Origin: Minisyncoccia bacterium | Lineage (GTDB): Bacteria > Patescibacteriota > Minisyncoccia > Phycocordibacterales > UBA9973 | Assembly (NCBI GenBank): GCA_044229265.1 | Contig: JBGATK010000004.1 | Span: 252-64,251 of the forward strand | Length of the DNA: 64,000 nucleotides | Direction of reading: 5' to 3' | Shown: one piece after another, positions 59,268 to 64,000 of the stretch | Position numbering within the stretch: position 1 is the first letter of the stretch | Layout: each line of letters starts with the position of its first letter | Program-made: the position numbers and the translations under genes | The notes under the pieces: model-generated | Told to the model about the DNA's origin: nothing | Database searches by the model: none | The model's input: the letters and a program-made list of their open reading frames with translations, nothing else

Positions 59268-61043
59268 ATGAGCATTTTAGAAGAATTAGTAAAAAAAAAT
59301 TTAATCAAAAGTGTAGATATAAACGAAATCAAAAATCTCGCGAATGAAAAATTCTCGGGTGATGTTGATGGCGCATTACTTGAATGGGGTTTAAAAGAGA
59401 AAGATCTACTTGAAACAAAAGGCGAATTTTACAATATGCCTATTCGCACCATAAACCCAAAGGAAATATCTATGACGATTTTGAATTATATACCTGAAGA
59501 TTCAGCTCGATTTTATCGTTTTGCTCCTATATCTCTTAAAGATGGTGTACTTGAAGTCGGTGTGACTGATCCAGGCAATGTCGACAGTATGAATGCTTTG
59601 CAATTTATCTCGGCCAAGCTCGGAATGCCTTTTAAGGTGTATTTAATTTCACCACTTGATTATGTGAAAATAATGGATAGTTATAAAGGTATTACTCTCG
59701 ATATGAGTGATGCACTTGATGATTTTACTAATCAAGAAGTTGTAAATGTAAATAAAGAATCTGGGTCTTTGGATTCAAATTTATCTGACAATGAGTCAAA
59801 TCTCACTCGTGAATTGCAAGATGTAAATAAAGGCACAAAGAAATTAGTGGAAGATGCTCCAATTATAAAAATAGTAGCCGTAATATTAAAAAATGCAATT
59901 GAAGGAGGTGCTTCTGATGTTCACATCGAGCATATGGGTGAGAGAGTAAAAGTCAGATATCGAGTTGACGGGACACTACATACTTCTATTATGCTTCCAG
60001 CAAATGTTCATAGTGGAATAATTGCCCGTATTAAAATACTTTCACGCTTACATTTAGACGAAAAACGCAAACCGCAAGACGGGTCTTTTTCAGCAGTGAT
60101 AGATAATCGTAAGGTGGATTTTCGTGTTTCTACTATGCCGGGTTATTACGGAGAAAAAGCAGCAATTCGTATCTTGGATTCTACTAAAGGTTTGAAACCT
60201 ATGAGTGAGCTTGGTTTGTCAGAAATTAATTTAGCTTTATTAAAAGATGCTATTACTAAGCCTTTTGGTCTTATTCTTATTACTGGTCCTACTGGTTCTG
60301 GTAAATCCACTACACTGTATTCTATAATGAATGAGCTTGATAAAGAAAAAAGTAATGTGGTTACCCTAGAAGACCCTGTAGAATATCATATGCCTGATGT
60401 AAATCAATCACAGGTTTTACCGGAAATAGGTTATACTTTTGCTTCAGGACTACGCTCAATTCTAAGACAAGACCCAGACATAATAGTGGTCGGAGAAATT
60501 CGAGATAAAGAAACTGCTCAACTTGCTATTCAAGCTGCGCTTACGGGGCACTTGGTTTTATCTACACTGCACACAAATAATTCTATTGGAGTAATTCCTC
60601 GTCTTGTAGATATGGGTGTGGATCCTTATCTTATTGCTCCAACTTTAATACTTTCTATAGCTCAAAGGCTCGCTAGAATTACTTGTGAATCTTCACGTAA
60701 AGAAGTTCCTATGGAAGAAAGCGTACGCAAGCAATTTGCTGATCAATTTGCTGATTTGCCAGAAGAATACAGGTCAAAAATTAAAATTCCTGAAAAAATG
60801 ATAACTACAGTTCCAAGTCCAGAATGTCCTTCTGGCACAAGGGGTCGTATTGCTATTTTTGAAATGTTTAAAATAGATAAAGACATGCAGGATATTATAC
60901 TTAAAAATCCAACATCGGGAGTTATTTTTGAGAATGTTCGAAAAAAGGGAATGCTGACCATGAAAGAAGATGCTATGCTAAAAGCCGTAACTGGCATAAT
61001 TCCTTATGAAGAAGTGTATAATTTTAACAATGATAATGAATAA
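59268..61043 (+). CDS. pilB: Type IV pilus extension ATPase PilB/GspE
   Basis: ASDVHIE, PQDG, GPTGSGKSTT, LEDPVE, LRQDPD, TGHLVLSTLHTN. Confidence 0.93.
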   Translation: MSILEELVKKNLIKSVDINEIKNLANEKFSGDVDGALLEWGLKEKDLLETKGEFYNMPIRTINPKEISMTILNYIPEDSARFYRFAPISLKDGVLEVGVTDPGNVDSMNALQFISAKLGMPFKVYLISPLDYVKIMDSYKGITLDMSDALDDFTNQEVVNVNKESGSLDSNLSDNESNLTRELQDVNKGTKKLVEDAPIIKIVAVILKNAIEGGASDVHIEHMGERVKVRYRVDGTLHTSIMLPANVHSGIIARIKILSRLHLDEKRKPQDGSFSAVIDNRKVDFRVSTMPGYYGEKAAIRILDSTKGLKPMSELGLSEINLALLKDAITKPFGLILITGPTGSGKSTTLYSIMNELDKEKSNVVTLEDPVEYHMPDVNQSQVLPEIGYTFASGLRSILRQDPDIIVVGEIRDKETAQLAIQAALTGHLVLSTLHTNNSIGVIPRLVDMGVDPYLIAPTLILSIAQRLARITCESSRKEVPMEESVRKQFADQFADLPEEYRSKIKIPEKMITTVPSPECPSGTRGRIAIFEMFKIDKDMQDIILKNPTSGVIFENVRKKGMLTMKEDAMLKAVTGIIPYEEVYNFNNDNE

Positions 61044-61075
61044 AGGTCGTTTTATGATATAATTTAATTAATATT

Positions 61076-61468
61076 ATGGAAGGAGAAAAAAAGAAAATTT
61101 TAATAGTTGACGACGATAGTTTTTTGCTTGATATGTATGCCTTAAAATTTAGCCAAGGCAATTTTGAAATATATACAGCAGGTGATGCTAATCAAGTTTT
61201 AGAAAAATTACGCGGAGGTTTACGTCCAGAAATACTCCTCATGGATATCATCATGCCTGACATAGATGGTTTTGAACTTTTAGAAATTGTAAATAAAGAG
61301 AATTTAGCACCAGATGCAGTTAAAATATTTTTCTCAAATAAAAGCCAACAAACAGATATCGAGAGAGGAAAACAGCTCGGCGCTGCGGGTTATATAGTTA
61401 AAGCAAATTCTACTCCAGCTGAAGTTATCGAACAAGTTTTAGCAATTTTAGAAAAAAACAAGAAATAA
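61076..61468 (+). CDS. Single-domain response regulator
   Basis: ILIVDDD, LMDIIMPDIDG, GYIVK. Confidence 0.92.
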   Translation: MEGEKKKILIVDDDSFLLDMYALKFSQGNFEIYTAGDANQVLEKLRGGLRPEILLMDIIMPDIDGFELLEIVNKENLAPDAVKIFFSNKSQQTDIERGKQLGAAGYIVKANSTPAEVIEQVLAILEKNKK

Positions 61469-61471
61469 AAA

Positions 61472-62533
61472 ATGGGAAATTATAAAAAAGATCTTGAAGA
61501 GCTTATTCTGACAGTCATTCGTGAGGATGCTTCGGATTTGCATTTGGGCAGTGGCAGAGTTCCTGCTATTCGTGTTTCTGGAGAATTAATTTTTTTAGTT
61601 AAACACTCACCGCTTACCAAAGACGATATGATGGGTTTTCTGAAAGAAATTTTAGATCCAAAAAAATTGGAGAGTTTTTTAGAAAATCAAGAAGCTGATT
61701 TTTCTTATGATTTTCGCGGTGAAGCACGACTTCGTGGTAATGCTTTTTTTCAAAAAGGCATGATAAATTTGGTTTTTCGTTTAGTGCCAAAAGTAAAAAC
61801 TCTAAAAGATCTGAATTTGCCGGATGTTTTAAAAGAAATTGCCAAGAAAAAACAAGGATTCTTTTTAGTTGTAGGGCCAGTTGGGCAAGGTAAATCCACC
61901 ACTCTTTCTTCTATGATTGATATTATAAATAATGAACAAGCTCGTCATATTGTGACAATTGAAGATCCAATAGAGCATGCTTATGTTCCAAATAAATCAA
62001 TTGTGAATCAACGTGAAGTCGGTATTGATACAAAAGATTTCCATACTGCACTTCAATCTGTATTTCGTGAAGATGTGAATGTCATTATGATAGGCGAAAT
62101 GCGCACACCAGAGACTATGGCGACGGCAGTTACTGCTGCTGAAACAGGGCATTTGGTTTTTTCAACTCTGCATACAAATAATGCTTCTCAGACCATAGAC
62201 CGTATTATCGATTCTTTCCCGGGTGGTCAGCAAGATCAAATTCGTGTTCAGCTTGCTTCATCACTTCTTGGTATTTTTTCACAAAGACTTATACCTAAAA
62301 TTACAGGTGGGCTCGTGCCAGCTTATGAATTACTTTTAAATAATAATGCAGTAGCGAATTTGATTCGTGAGAAAAGAACTCACGAAATAGATGTGGTAAT
62401 AGAAACAGGCATGGAGTCTGGCATGGTGGACCTCAATCATTGCTTGCTAGATTTAGTGCGCAGGGGAGAGATCAGTATTGAAAATGCTTATTTGTATTCA
62501 CTAAATCCAAAAGCATTAGAGAGAATGTTGTAA
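61472..62533 (+). CDS. pilT: Pilus retraction ATPase PilT
   Basis: ASDLHL, GPVGQGKSTT, TIEDPIE, AETGHLVFSTLHT, AVANLIRE. Confidence 0.9.
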   Translation: MGNYKKDLEELILTVIREDASDLHLGSGRVPAIRVSGELIFLVKHSPLTKDDMMGFLKEILDPKKLESFLENQEADFSYDFRGEARLRGNAFFQKGMINLVFRLVPKVKTLKDLNLPDVLKEIAKKKQGFFLVVGPVGQGKSTTLSSMIDIINNEQARHIVTIEDPIEHAYVPNKSIVNQREVGIDTKDFHTALQSVFREDVNVIMIGEMRTPETMATAVTAAETGHLVFSTLHTNNASQTIDRIIDSFPGGQQDQIRVQLASSLLGIFSQRLIPKITGGLVPAYELLLNNNAVANLIREKRTHEIDVVIETGMESGMVDLNHCLLDLVRRGEISIENAYLYSLNPKALERML

Positions 62534-62561
62534 TATAAAATTATAAATTAGGGAAAATAAT

Positions 62562-63770
62562 ATGCTATTTAGATATAAAGCTGTAGACGAACAAGGTATA
62601 AATAAAGAAGGTGAAATAGATGCACCAAATAAAGATTTGGCTATTTCTGGGCTTCAGCGTCGGGGTTTTATAATTATTTCAATCAAAGAAACAAAACAAA
62701 CAAAACATGGCCTCGATATGGCTATTTTTGAACGTGTTTCGATGAAAGAAATTGTGATTTTTTCAAGGCAGATTGCGACACTCTTTGAAGCACAAGTGTC
62801 CGCATTAAAAGCCTTCACTTTAATATCATCAAATTCTGAGAATCAATTATTTGCTCGCAAATTAAATGAAATTACTACCGATATTCAAGGCGGAGTATCT
62901 ATTTCCGGTGCAATGAGAAAACACCCTGATGTTTTTTCTGAATTTTATGTAAACATGATCAAAGCTGGTGAAGAAACAGGTAAATTAAATGAAACTTTTT
63001 TATATTTGGCTGAATATTTAGACAGACAATATGCTTTAACTAATAAAACTCGTAATGCACTTATATACCCATTTTTCGTAATAATAACTTTCTTTGTGGT
63101 TATGGCTCTGATGCTTACTGTAGTTATACCAAAACTCTCTGATATTATTCGTGATTCTGGCCAAGAAATTCCTTTTTACACAAAAGTCGTCATCGGTCTT
63201 TCTGATTTTTTTGTACAGTATGGACTTATATTTCTTATTTTTCTAGGTATGGCATTTTTATGGCTTTGGTTTTTGTCGCGTTCCGAGAGGGGGAAAATAT
63301 ACGTCGATCATTCGAGGCTTAGTATTCCTGTAGTTGGTAATTTGTATCGTAAACTTTATATTTCACGTATTGCAGATAATTTGCATACTATGCTTGTTTC
63401 CGGTATACCCATTGTTAGATCTCTCGACATAACTGCCGATGTTGTAAGTAGTAAGGTTTATAAAGATTTGTTAAAAAAAGTTGCGGAAGATGTAAAAGCT
63501 GGGTCATCTATTTCTAGTTCATTTGAAAAATTCCCTACATACTTGCCTCCTATTTTAGTTCAAATGATAAAAGTGGGTGAGGAGACAGGTTCTCTCGGTA
63601 ATATCTTAAAAACCTTGGCGGATTTCTATAAGCGTGAGGTGGATGATGCTGTAGATACAATGGTCGGACTTATAGAGCCAGTAATGGTAGTAGTTCTCGG
63701 TATTGCTGTTGGTTTGCTGCTCGTATCAGTCCTCGTCCCTATTTACAATTTAGCTGGAGCTATTCAATAA
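62562..63770 (+). CDS. pilC: Type IV pilus platform protein PilC/GspF
   Basis: FSRQIATL, AGEETGKL, ALIYP, VGEETGSL, LIEP. Confidence 0.92.
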   Translation: MLFRYKAVDEQGINKEGEIDAPNKDLAISGLQRRGFIIISIKETKQTKHGLDMAIFERVSMKEIVIFSRQIATLFEAQVSALKAFTLISSNSENQLFARKLNEITTDIQGGVSISGAMRKHPDVFSEFYVNMIKAGEETGKLNETFLYLAEYLDRQYALTNKTRNALIYPFFVIITFFVVMALMLTVVIPKLSDIIRDSGQEIPFYTKVVIGLSDFFVQYGLIFLIFLGMAFLWLWFLSRSERGKIYVDHSRLSIPVVGNLYRKLYISRIADNLHTMLVSGIPIVRSLDITADVVSSKVYKDLLKKVAEDVKAGSSISSSFEKFPTYLPPILVQMIKVGEETGSLGNILKTLADFYKREVDDAVDTMVGLIEPVMVVVLGIAVGLLLVSVLVPIYNLAGAIQ

Positions 63771-63886
63771 AGAGGGTGTGGAAAACTTGGCTTGCTCTTT
63801 TTGACTAGTTTTTATGCTATAATTTATACATAAATTAAAGTCGAAAATTAATTAAAAATTTATTATTAAAAATTTATTAAAAAAAT

Positions 63887-64000
63887 ATGAAATTAAATTT
63901 CAAAAAAGGTTTTACATTGATCGAACTTCTAGTTGTGGTGGCGATCATCGGTGTTCTTGCTTCTGTGGTTCTTGCTTCTCTAAACACAGCTCGTTCAAAA
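63887..64000 (+). CDS. Type IV pilin (3' truncated by window edge; not in ORF track)
   Basis: MKLNFKKG|FTLIELLVVVAIIGVLASVVLASLNTARSK class III signal peptide. Confidence 0.92.
   Translation, partial: MKLNFKKGFTLIELLVVVAIIGVLASVVLASLNTARSK

Noticed and set aside
1-64000. Prophage, rRNA, defence system or alternative genetic code
   Set aside because: No such hallmark genes recognised; conserved genes translate intact in code 11, and TGA terminates comEC and tmk.

Overview
AT-rich, gene-dense chromosomal segment. Gene content and style point to a Patescibacteria/CPR (Parcubacteria-like) genome: two PilM/N/O-type clusters, a type IV pilus operon, split comEC, comF, an alpha2-type GlyRS and an IleRS with an inserted histidine-phosphatase domain. 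This taxonomic call is inference. The window holds about 70 CDS, mostly housekeeping and on the + strand, and four tRNAs (Val-TAC, Arg-TCT, Leu-GAG, His-GTG). The most notable signals are: (1) a winged-helix gene divergent from ftsK whose coding sequence carries 16 copies of a TGTCYNW motif in several frames and on both strands; (2) a RAYT-like HUH transposase bracketed by 61-bp REPIN-like direct repeats, with a fifth REP unit inside its ORF; (3) GC-rich palindromes inserted in-frame in recJ, argS and ftsK; (4) a large surface-protein gene split by an 11-bp tandem duplication and preceded by a structured leader of about 385 nt; (5) pervasive leaderless extended -10 promoters, including a 20-bp bidirectional one; (6) a membrane protein ending in a pilin-like head. 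All calls were made by eye with no database searches.
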